DNA of 64,000 nt, from positions 1 through 64,000 of the forward strand of contig JALMLS010000079.1 of the NCBI GenBank assembly GCA_038496445.1, given 5' to 3'. A program made the translations under genes and the position numbers. Positions 1 through 11,610 of the stretch are shown one piece after another. How positions within the stretch are numbered: the stretch's first letter is position 1; each line of letters begins with the position of its first letter. Origin of the DNA: Trichosphaerium sp. ATCC 40318. Lineage: Eukaryota > Protista > Tubulinea. The notes under the pieces were generated by a model. The model was not told where the DNA came from, ran no database searches, and was given only the letters and a program-made list of their open reading frames with translations.

Positions 1-1260
1 TACAAGGGTGTCATGAAAAATTCAGTAGTATCTCTTTGTGAGATGAAAGACACGTGTTATTCATTACTATCTGGCTGTCACAATATAAAAGCGGAGAGTT
101 TACATTATCGGTATATAACAGATAACGACTTGAAACAGCTCTCAGGTATTCATTCAATTAACCTTGGAAGTTGCCGTGAAATAACAGATGAAGGAATAAT
201 AGCACTTGAGGGGATTCATACAATAAATCTTGCGCATACTGAAGTGACTGATAGGTCACTTAAAGCACTTAAAGATGTTCACACAATCAATCTCTTTTGT
301 ACTGATATAACAGATCAAGGTATAAAAGAACTAAAAGGCACTCAAAGTATTAATCTTCAATGTACTGAAGTGACAGATAAATCACTTTCAGCACTAAGGA
401 ATGTACATACAATTTCTCTTCCGTCAACAATTACAGATGACGGTATCAAACTTCTCAAGGCACCTTACAATGTTAACCTTGATCGATGTAATAGAATTAC
501 AGATGAAGGTATCAAAGCATTGGCAAACATACATACTATAAGCCTCTGGGGCAGTACAGTTACAGATGAAGGAGTAAAACCACTTGCCGGAGTGCATGAA
601 ATCAACCTTTGTAGTTGTGAACATATAACAGATGAAGGTATCACGGCACTCAAAGGTGTTCATACAATAAACCTCAACAACACCTTAGTGACTGATGCAG
701 GCATTAAGGCACTTGAGGGAGTTCATAAAATCAGCCTATGTAATTGTGAAAATATTACAGATGAAGGTATCAAAGCGCTCAAAGGTGTTCATACAATAAA
801 CCTCAACAACACCTCAGTATCAAGTGAAGGAGTCAAAGCGCTCAAAGGAGTTCACACAATCCATCTTGTTAACACTTTAGTAACAGATGAGGGTGTCAAA
901 GCACTTGGTGGCGTTCACACTATTGACCTTTCTAAAGCTGCAATTACAGATGAAGGAATCAAGTGTTTGGCAGGTGTACACAATATCAAATTGTATAGGT
1001 GTAAGGATGTGACTGATGAAGGCATTAAAGTGCTTTCAGGCGTTCATACAATAGATCTTAGTTGTTGCAAACAAGTTACAAATGAAGGTATTAAAGCCTT
1101 AGCAGGTGTTCATACAATCAACATTGAGTACACGTCAGTGACAGATGTCACAGCATTACAGGGTGTCCGTTTCATAAACGTGAGACATGTCTATGATGGT
1201 ATAGATGCTCTAAAAGAAGCAGTGCCAAACGGTTTTACGATACCTTCACGAAAGAATTAG
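1..1260 (+). CDS. F-box/leucine-rich-repeat protein, LRR region (5' end lies upstream of the window)
   Basis: Intronless ORF with about 15 repeats of 24-25 aa (GVHTINLxxTxVTDEGIKAL). The frame is open from base 1 (YKGVMKN), matching the post-F-box segment YKGIMTN of the paralog at 19686-21303. Confidence 0.85.
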   Translation, partial: YKGVMKNSVVSLCEMKDTCYSLLSGCHNIKAESLHYRYITDNDLKQLSGIHSINLGSCREITDEGIIALEGIHTINLAHTEVTDRSLKALKDVHTINLFCTDITDQGIKELKGTQSINLQCTEVTDKSLSALRNVHTISLPSTITDDGIKLLKAPYNVNLDRCNRITDEGIKALANIHTISLWGSTVTDEGVKPLAGVHEINLCSCEHITDEGITALKGVHTINLNNTLVTDAGIKALEGVHKISLCNCENITDEGIKALKGVHTINLNNTSVSSEGVKALKGVHTIHLVNTLVTDEGVKALGGVHTIDLSKAAITDEGIKCLAGVHNIKLYRCKDVTDEGIKVLSGVHTIDLSCCKQVTNEGIKALAGVHTINIEYTSVTDVTALQGVRFINVRHVYDGIDALKEAVPNGFTIPSRKN

Positions 1261-1323
1261 CTGAAGCTGTTCTGGACTGTAGTTTTATTCGTGGAATTGA
1301 AATAGTTTGGTTTAGTTTGGTTG

Positions 1324-3885
1324 TTATCCATAGTATTTTGAATCGAAATATTTCTTTAGACCGTTATAATCTCTATCACGGGCATATATCATAGCCTGTT
1401 CGTAATATTTGTTCACCAGATTTTGACGTTTTGTTATAAAATTATTAACAACTTCCTCAAAAGTAGCATCGCTCTCAACATACTTTCTCAGCTCATTCTC
1501 ACCCTCGTCCCAATTGATAACATCATACAATTCTTGGAGCTCGTTTAAGGATTTCTGACTGCATGTAAACTGCATAAAGACATAGACTAATGCCACGAGG
1601 TCATGACGAGGTTGAAAATAAACTTTCTTCTGTTCAATGAAAGCATGTATCATCTCATCACATGCGTAGAACATTGTGCCTGCATAGTAGTGCTCTTGAT
1701 TCTTTTTTACAGCAGTACCCCAATCAACTAGGTAAATTTGTTCTTCATGTACTAGTATATTACCATCGCTCAAATCACTAAAAAATTAACAGGTTAGCAA
1801 ACATGCAAAAAAAAAAGGATTACCGATGAACTAGTCCATAATTGTGAGCACATTGGAGAACCTCTATGATCTGCGAAAATGAAGGACATTCTCTCAGGGA
1901 TTTAATTGATTTACAAACAGGTGTCATGACAAGATAAAGATCATCTTGTATTGTTTTACCAGCATATTCCTACCGTCACGTGGTTAAAAAAAAAAAAAAA
2001 AAAAGTGCATACAATCATTGGAATGCCTGGAAAAGGTTCATCATACTGGCACAGTCCTTCCAAAGTTTTTAACTCCGAATAAGCAAGATCCGAATAACCT
2101 TTATACACCTTAACAGCATAATCTTTACCATCAGCAGTGATGCTATAAACTGTTGACGTTGCACCACGTCCAATCTTCTGTTTTGGTACATACCACTTAT
2201 CGTTAATTGAAATCGAGGGATAAATCCATCCTAGATCATCAGCAGCACTGCTCAGAAGATTGCTTAGCATCTTACGGCCTTTAGAATCATTTGATTGCAT
2301 ATCATACGCTTCGGTTATAAAGTACATGTAGCTTTCACTTGCTTCACTCCATAGCAATCGAATGAACCTAATTTCAACGTTGCTCAGTACTATTGCGGTC
2401 ATTGAAGACCGTGGAGATTGTACAGCCATAAAGTTTGCTAAAGAAACCCTAGAAGTACAGCTATAAGAAATATTTGAACAATATGAAATGCTGTGTAAAA
2501 AAGCTATAACACAACTAGATGGTACATACATTGCTTGACCACAATGTCTTGGCTGAATCTGTCCGATTGTGATATCCATTGTCATTGCTACCTGAATAGG
2601 GTCCGGGCGCTCTGTATCTATATCATGTGCGTGTTCTGTGAATACAAAGTCTGGTAATAGTTTCTTGACCACGCCAAACCCTTTGTATGACAGTTCAGGA
2701 CGAGAGTGAGAGTTTATCACTGCCAAGTAGGGTAATTGCATGTTTCTTAGTATGCCGTAAACGTGGTCGATAAGGATCATAACATAATCCTTCGCCTTTG
2801 TTGTAATATCCTGCCACTCAGATCCGCTGTTGATGGAACTAAGCTCATCAAGTACGTTCTTTGAGAATCCTGGAAACTTCACTTCCGAGTCTGTAGAGAA
2901 CCACCACTCTGCAGGTATTGTCACCTTCTTCTTTTTGAGTATATCTTTAAAACAGGCATGATAATCTTTGGGTAGTTAGTTATGCTTTGCTGCACGTGGA
3001 AATTCTTGACATATTCAAACTAAAACGTGCCCATCAATGAAACATTGCTCTTTAGCCTAAAACACTTTGAATTAAGGATACATGTTAGCGAATCAACTTT
3101 TTTGTCATATGCCATTTGATCCCTTATTCTCTTCTCCTCTCCCATTCTTATTATTTCTGTATTTCTTGCTGTCTTTTCTTGTAACTCCTTTAGGGTGTCA
3201 TGCAATTTTCGTAGAAATTGATGACTACATGCTTCTAGTTTTCTAGCATGCTCTGGTGGAATAGTAGCTAGCAGCTCCTGTAGAGTGTGTTTAGTTTTCT
3301 TTGCTTTCTTTCTCACTGCTTTTGGCCTGTCTAAAGGAGTAGTAGCCTTTCGTTTCAAAGTAGGAATCATCCCTCCTTCTACAGAATATTGTGAGAATTG
3401 CAACAAATAGACAATGTCATTATGAACCTGGATGGTAACGCTTTGCTAAGATGCCCCACACTAACTCTGCTTTAACAGTGGACTTTCCAGGAACTCCCTC
3501 TTTCTTTCGAATTTTTACCAGTGCAAAGTTTGTCATCTCTAGTAGCCCCTCTACAATGAAGTGACTTAACTTGCTTGTAAAATGTCCACAAATAGTAAGG
3601 TTCGAAAACAAAATTATTCACTCAACAAAAAGAAGAAACCTATTTTTCCCATACTAGTTTCTGCATGCTGCGCCAAGCTTTCAATTGAGTAAGGTTTCGA
3701 AGCCTTCAAACTCTTACACAAGCAAACAACAATGGAATTGTGTTTTTTCTTTATATGTTGCTTAAACCTTTCTATATACGTCTTTAGTTGTTCTCTATTT
3801 GCTTTTCTACCCTCTATTATGCATAAATACACTTAAAATACCGCAAAGGTCATAAACAGTTAAAATAATGCGTGCTTGATGCCAT
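1324..3885 (-). CDS. Multi-exon protein: basic NLS-like N-terminus, PD-(D/E)xK REase-like domain and FunK1/Crinkler-type protein kinase
   Basis: Spliced kinase motifs IGRGATSTVY, YAVK, HR|DLSDGNIL, DWG, GTMFYA and RHDL. Upstream LPDFVF...GQA...QSPR segment and KRKATT...RKKAKK. Start at 3885 is tentative. Confidence 0.7.
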
Positions 3886-4133
3886 CTCGGCAGTCGATCA
3901 GAATAGTGACGTGCTTGCTGTTGCTACTTCTTTGCAACTTAATAAGCTTGGTGAAATACGCTTAATGTATTGCCTGGTAAGAGTGTTATACGTGATTGAT
4001 ACAAAAAGTATATTTGATTGAGGACTGCTTTAGAAAAGAATGAAAGCAGCTTATTAAGGTTATTTAAATAAGGATTTTTTAAACTAGTTTACAGGTTTTA
4101 TTTTTGTGTTGTTGTTCTGTGACTGACCAAGTA

Positions 4134-7051
4134 TCACGTGACAATATAGCCACCTGCATAGTCATCATCGTTCACATTTTGATTATTAATTTTCAAGGCA
4201 TCAAGTGGTGCATCTAGAGATGTAACGTTTACATGTTTGCTTGATAAACTCTCCAGTATGCTCTTAAACTCTGGCCGCTTTGAAGGATCATCTGCCCAAC
4301 AGGCTTGAATCATATCACGGACATCAGATGATATACTAGCTGGAATATCTGAAAGGAAAAATAAGTATTCTCTGCAAATGAAGGAAAACTAGTTTAGAAG
4401 TGCATACCAGGCCTGTAATTTTCATGTGCTGCCTTGTGCGCATACTTTAGTGGTTCCTCACCATCGTCATTCACCTGTGCGCCAGAGTGGATAAAATACA
4501 AGACCATGGCAAACGAGTAGACATCACACTAATGTAAGTTGGTAAGTAACTGAATGCGCTCTAAAAAGGGAATGACCTTGTTGTCGTAATCCTCTCCTCT
4601 GTAGATCTACAAAATGTGTTAATTGTATAGAAATCATCACATCTAGTTTGGTGCGTTTTATACATACCTCTGGAGCCATGTTGACTAGGAAGCCAATGTT
4701 TGCTGTCATTTTTGATGATTGGTGGGTGAACCTTGAGAGCCCCTGATTTTATAATTAGTTACACTGCTTTGAAATGACTCTTCATCTCTTTACACATACA
4801 AAATCACCTATCGTTGCTCTGTAATGATTGTCCAAGAATATATTCTTTGCATTCAAATCACGGTGCAGAACCTACACATTGTAAACATTGATAGGTATTG
4901 AAAACAATTCATCAAAAAAAACAAGGAAATCTCAGACAACGTACTTTCTTTGCGTGTAAGTACGTCATCCCTTTTACAATATCAAGCACTACGTTCTCTC
5001 TCATTATTGGCACCCGTACAAATATCTCCTTATCAGTCTAAAACAAACAGTAAAAAAACAAGTATCAGGTAGAAAATGTCAGAAAAAAACCAGAAAGGGA
5101 TCATGATTATACCTGCAGTAATGTATGTAGATTACCTCCGCCCATATATTCAGTTACCAATAATAGCATATCTTTTCCATCCTCATAAGCACGCATACTC
5201 CATCCAAGAAAGCTAAATGACAAAAGTCACGTGACTCAGGTCAAAAACATGCAAGGAAAAATTCTGCGTATAAACTCCATTCTTACCTTATTATGTTCGG
5301 ATGTCGTAATTTACTTAAAAGAGCGATCTCCGATTTAAACATGGACAACTCTTTAGCATTTGTCATTACTCTATAGATAGATTTTACAGCAACTTGAGTT
5401 TCTCTCCACGTGGCCAACCTAACGGTACCCTTTTTGAAAAGTTAAAATCCACAACAAAAACAAGAAGATAGACATACCCAGAAACCTTGACCGATTATAT
5501 TGTCTATAATTAATTCCTCCACTGGAATAAATGCTTCTTTATCAAGTCCTTTAGTCAATGACAATGATCTCTTTCTTCCACCAGGCATCTGTGATTCACG
5601 TTCTTTCTCTAGTAAAACAAGCTCCTAAGAACATACAACAGTCAACTCCAGCCCGTCTTTAATTTTCGTTCTCACCTTAATACTTGACATTATCTCCGTC
5701 CTATGACCAAATGGTGCTATACCAATATCAGTCTTTAAAGAATCCATATCAACCTTAGCAAGGGCAACACCATTAACACTATTCTTAACAAAGTTTGACT
5801 TGTAATGTGGATATCCAGTAAACTGAATAAACAAGCCAACATCATCAACAGACCAAGTCTTATAACTCCTATGTACTAACTGTATTTCTTCCATCTTCTT
5901 GTCAAGAATAGAAACAATCTCTTGACGCTTCTTATAGACTGCCAATTGTCTCGCTGTTCTCCTTTGATGATCTACAAGTGATAACAGAACCCTACACGTT
6001 GGTAGCGAGCCTGTATGGTAGAAATCTAATATAGTCTTCAAAGATTCTTTATGGTTCAAAAGAACAGCAACATGAAGCACTGATTGACATTTCGCATTAA
6101 GTCGAAGAGGATCAACGCCTTGAAACAGATGAGTTGTCAAATTAAAAGGATTTGCATACCTGACTTCAACAGTTCTGTGATGACCCTTGTGCATGACCCC
6201 TTGACTGAAACAGCATAGTGCAACATGCTATTGAGGCGCTCCTTTTTTGAAAAAAAAATGAGTTTGAAAATCTTTTTATTTGTTGCTTTGTGTACATTGT
6301 CTTGTCGTGTCGATAAGTGCCTGCAGTAAAAATAACAATCAATACAAGCGATCCCAACATAAAATCACAAAAATGCTACACGTGCCCTTCTGCTAAGAGT
6401 GCTAATACGACACGCTCATGGTTGCTTCTAACAGCATACGTGAGAGGTGTCATACCTCTACCATCCTCAATGTCTCCCCTAGACACGCATTTAAGACATA
6501 TAAAAGCGTTAAAAATTACCACACTTGTGTTCCCTTCTTGCTTTCTCCATTTGCTGTGTTTGGGCGGTAGGACAAAATTTTTTTAACCTTTTTGTATTTT
6601 ATTACGCTTCATACTTATAATTTGATTTCAAAATGTTTTAATACGCACCACTGACATATGACCTTGCTTAGAGGCTAGAGCGAGGGGAGTTCGGCTGTGT
6701 AACAAAAAATCACAAAGGGTAAAATAGTGTAAGCGTACCCAAAGATATCCTTAGGGTGGACAGCAGCGTTTTTTGATAAAAGGAGCGTTACTAGATCGTT
6801 GTGGCTTAAACCAAATGTAAGACGCGTATATTTATGCACAATAATACCCATAGTATGCGGCCAGATGTAGGGGAGCCTGTAATTGTGCGTCCAATGCATT
6901 AACACCATCCTTTATTTTTCTGTATGCTTCTCGTTACTCGCAGAACGCTAATTACGCAGTGGACGCACCTCAACAACGATTTGAATTCTGTAACATTACC
7001 TTTTTTTGCAGCCCTATGAACGGGATACGAACTACCACTTTTGGCAGTCAT
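4134..7051 (-). CDS. Ankyrin repeat-SAM-tyrosine kinase-like (TKL) protein kinase
   Basis: Ankyrin motifs (PVHRAA, PLHLAA, SVLHVAV), SAM domain (WSVDDVGLFI...GIAPFGHRTEIM) and kinase motifs VAVK, HRDLNAKN, GDF|G, MAPE, DVYSF and CWADDPSKRP across many short introns. Confidence 0.88.
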
Positions 7052-7169
7052 GTCGGAAATTGATTGCGTTTCATTGGCCTTGGATGGATTTTTGGGTCAA
7101 AAAAGAGAAAACGCCTTAACCCACACACGCCACTTAAGATTTTTTGTTGTCTCTGATAATTCTTTAACA

Positions 7170-8455
7170 ATGGCTGCTGCAAAATTCAACTTGGACAAAG
7201 CACGTTCATTATACGCATAAATTGTAATTAATTTTATCCAAAGGGTCTCGTAGATCTCAACAAACACCTCAGTGACGCCAGTTACATTTCAGGGTAAGAG
7301 TAACACCCACAGGGTTGTTTATTCGCGGTTTTTTCCTCCTGCGTTGTACTGACTGTATGTAGCTTCCAACCTTCACAAGCTGACGTAGAAGTTTTCACTG
7401 CTTGCCCTGCAGAGATTGGAAAGAAATTCCAACACGTTGCACGCTGGTACAAACACATCGCTTCTTTTGCTGAAGACGAGAAAAAATCATGGCCTGCTGC
7501 TTCTGAAGAGGAAGAAGTACGCTTTTTTATACACTACAAAGGATCTTAAAACGTTTAAACAAGACTACACAAAAACAATTTTTAATAGCGGCGCTATTAG
7601 TGAAAAATAGCACTTAATTTAAACGTAGACATTAAAACAATTGTTAGCAAGAGTTTTGTACTAAATTAGCTTTTTTTTTTGTTTTTCTGTTTTTTTGATT
7701 GTCGCATGCGCCTAACAACGCTCTTTAAAGGAAGATGAAGACGACGATGATGACGTCGATTTGTTCGGTGACGACGAAGAAGATGACCCTGAAGCAGCTG
7801 CCAAGGCTGCCGCAGAGCTCGAAGAGATGAGAGCCAAACGTAGAGCTGTCATCGCCAGAAAAGAAGCAGCTGAGAAGGAAAATGCTCGCTCTACTGTTAT
7901 CTTCATGGTAAAGCCTTACGAAGCTGAGACTGGTGCGTATTTTAACGTGTTTAACGCGTATAAAACAAAACGGAAGAAATATCAAACAAAATCGTTCAAA
8001 ATCAGTTAAATACTAACCACATTATTCTATAGACATGGTTGAACTCGAAGCAGCTGTCCGTAAGGTATGTAAAAAAACGAAGACATTAATTGAAAAAAAA
8101 CTCCAAACCTTTTTGATCTTCCAGTAAATTTCGCGAAATGATCAGAATTTGTGTTTTAAAGGATCAAAAGAAGATAAAGTCTTCAACTCTCAATTGAATT
8201 CAACTTGTCTTTTTTTTTCAATTTTTGAATTTTGACGTACTAGAAACATGTTCTAATGCGATTAAATAGGTAGCTATGGATGGTTTGACATGGTCTGAAG
8301 CCTCCAAATTGATCCCAGTTGCTTTCGGTATCAAGAAATTGCAAATTGGTTGTACTATTGTAGACTCAAAGGTCTCCACCGACGACATGGTTGAAGAAAT
8401 TACAGAATTGGAAGATGTCCAATCTGTCGATATTGCTTCATTCAACAAGCTCTAA
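7170..8455 (+). CDS. EEF1B: Translation elongation factor 1-beta
   Basis: [59 protein letters not shown] and [12 protein letters not shown]. First intron is GC-AG (7200-7243). Confidence 0.95.
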
Positions 8456-8661
8456 AAAAGAAATTGACACGTGTGTGCCCCATTGACCAGTCAATAAAAA
8501 AATTTTAATACCACAACAATACCTAGACTTCAAATTAATTTAATACGTCTTACAACGGTGACAACCAAACGTATCACTCCCCTGCGCGTGTTGGTGGTAT
8601 GTAGCCAAGTGACGGAGCAGTGTTAGAAGTGTTTAACGCTTTTGGTTTATTCCTGCGTGTT

Positions 8662-10506
8662 CTACAAAGGCCTCTTTATCTTTTTGAATTGTTTCTTGAA
8701 GTCTATTGTCCACTTAAAGTATGACTCAATGCCTCCTGTATGTTTCTTCACCAATGTTGCTACTACGCCCCTTTGTATTGTCAGCCTTTCGTGGCGATAA
8801 CGAACTTAAAAAAAAACCCAAATCAAACAGTTTGTGCATGCGTACAAGTGATCGGAAGGAAATGTTTTCTTTCCATCACCATATGAAATGGCTTCTGAGC
8901 CAAAAGTATGAACATGTGTTGCCACTAGAGAGGGTGATCTATGCCTTTATTAGCGAGATTGCATAGGTTACCATCCGATGTAGTTGCCTGAACATTATGC
9001 GATCTGCACGAGTGGGATCCATGGAACCAAAGAAATTTGGAAATGTCGCTCCATCAAGCGTATTTGTCAAACCAGCCTTGTCAACAAACTGTTCCCAAGC
9101 GTCCGTAAATCGATTAAACTCATACGAAACAGACTTTCTCTTCTTAAGCAACAATTGGCACGGATTATATGTATGTAATACAGCATCAACTGGTCGTGTG
9201 AGGAGGTGCATGGGCCTTGATGTAAAAGTCAATCGTTTCATCATATTTTGCAAAGAATTTGAACAAAAAGTGTTTTTAGTTGCAAGTGAAAGAAGCCAGC
9301 GTTAAAAAAATGGATTGCTTTTCAAGATTAATATCTGTTGGCCTTTGTTGATGTTATAAAAAATGTACCAAGGGAAATCAAAGTAAGTGTTCATGTCACC
9401 AATGAGTACAATATGAGCGTCTTTCGGAGAGTATGTGCTAATAAAATCTATGATTGCTGCCACATTTTCGCATTGATTCAAGTCGTTGTAAGACAAGTGC
9501 GTATGATAGACATCCAATCGACCTTTTATGCGGTTAGTGAGTTGATAACATCCCAGAAATTGAACTGAAAGGCATACTTACCTATGCTTGGTACATTGAA
9601 CGTTGTAGCCATGCAAACACGTGGATTTTTATCGGATTTCAACGCAGTGGAAGGAAGGGCTTGTGATTTTGATTTGAGTATCGGCCATTTCGAAAATGTC
9701 TGCAAACGCAAAACATGTCAATTTGAAAAACAAAAACAATCCAACAAATTTTGTACAGCAATGTGTTCATCTTTGCTTGATGGTGTACTAATGGCATAAG
9801 GGTATTCAGGGAGCTTTTTCTTCAATTGATCGAATTGGTTTGTGCCATTATATATCCGAATCTCTTGAAAAGCGATCACGTTCTATTGCACAAAAATTAA
9901 AAAAAAATCACGTGAAAAAAACGCACTGGTTTCAATGTCTTTATATGGGTTGTTATAGCCTCAAGGCGCTCTAACCAAGGCTCATTTATATTCCAAATAT
10001 TCAAGGTTGCAAACACCATCTTATCTGATGGATTTATGTCATGTGCACTTGCGTGTTTTGAAACCAACTGGAAAGAAAATTACAACTTTCGGAATTTAGA
10101 ATCTAAGAACATGTTGCTACCTCTTTTATCTTCCGTTCGTACACTAGGACTGGATTGTTCGCTTTGTCAACTCTGTTTTTAGCGCTATGTTTGTGTATAG
10201 ACACCTAAACATACTGTGACGCGGTTTTAAAGTGTGTTGATGCTCACAGGGCTATTTTTAAACATTTTGAATGAAAAACAGCGTGAGTCGTACCAAACGC
10301 TTCAATTGCGCACTTGTGCGCTTATTAGAGTATAATAATGCTTCATAAGCTCGTTTAAACGATTGTTCATGTGCAGGTATTTCTGTTGCCTTTAAAATAT
10401 GTATTTGATGCTTTAACTGCATTGTTGACTCCACGTTGAGTATAATATACACAAGAGATATCGTTTGAAGTACAAATAACGCCAAAACGACGTAACAGAG
10501 TTTCAT
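8662..10506 (-). CDS. Membrane-anchored endonuclease/exonuclease/phosphatase (EEP) family protein
   Basis: N-terminal hydrophobic helix. EEP motifs ATLNIWN, AFQE, THLS, IGDMN, ATFP, DRIM and PSDH|L. Confidence 0.85.
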
Positions 10507-10689
10507 ATCTCCTCCCCATAGACCTTCATTGTTCCGCGATGATAACCATGAAATAGACTCACTTAGCAGACGCTCACTTGAGGCAAAGGTAAAGAAAGAA
10601 AAAAAATTAGTGCTAAGCACGTGATACACGAATGAAGAAAGAAGTGATGAGGAGGGGATACCACGACATGGTTGTGTAAAATATTTATT

Positions 10690-11285
10690 CTACATTGCAT
10701 GTAGGGTGTAATCGAAATCGATACACGCTAGCATTGCCTTGTTTTGGTCAACAACATTGATGATACCTTTGTATTCGCCCTTTTTTTATCAAAATTAGTA
10801 TGTCTTATGTTTGAGGATATTTTTTAGCGTACAGCCGGGGTTATTGGTGGTACTTGAAGAGTGAAGAGAAAGTTAGCTGTTCCAGCAGGGTAAGGGCATG
10901 TGATGCCTTCGCCACAAATTGGAGAAGTGATTTGAGGGCTAAAAAACGGTTCAGCATTGTTTTTTTTTTTTCTTTTCCCAAAAAATTACTTACAGTGGAA
11001 TCCATGTGCCTCCAGTGAGAAGTTTTGCGTTAAAAGTGAGTGTTCCAGAAGTGATTTGCTCGGCTACTAGCGTCAATCCTGAAAAAGAAGTGTAAATAGC
11101 GTCGTACAAAGAGCGCCTGTGCATTTAACAGTGACGTTTCCACCAACGTGAATTGGAAGAGGGCCAACATTGCAGTTTATGTTGGTGATGCGGCCTTTGC
11201 CTGCAGAGCAGTCTGACCATTGATCGCAGACAATAACACCAACAAACAAGGAAATAACAAGAGCGAAATAAAAGTAATTCATCAT
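10690..11285 (-). CDS. Secreted ML-domain (MD-2/NPC2-like) lipid-binding protein
   Basis: Signal peptide, then WSDC, PLPIHVGGNVTV, GITCPYPAG, PPITPA|GEYKG and LACIDF in 4 exons. Confidence 0.88.
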
Positions 11286-11610
11286 GTGGCTTGTAGAAAG
11301 TTAATGAGAAAATTATGAATACTACCATTGACCATCATCACTCGATCTCAGTGAAATTTCACGTGCTGAAAACATTAACATTCGAACAAATACATCCATT
11401 TCTTGTATTGTAAAGAAATTTATCACTACCAGTTTTGATTGTGGCACGTTGCAAAGAAGACGTTTTGTCGGTTAACTCATTTTTTTTTGTACTGAACAAG
11501 GCGAATTTATATGACTGTAATTTTCGTGTAGCACAATTGACACTTGCCATGCAACGGTGGCTTTGTTGTGTAACGGTATTTTAAAGTGTAATTAGCGAAA
11601 GTTCGTAATC

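Noticed and set aside
3073-3080. GTATCCTT on the - strand as a U12 donor
   Set aside because: No U12 branch point follows, splicing there creates a stop, and the coding frame reads through it.
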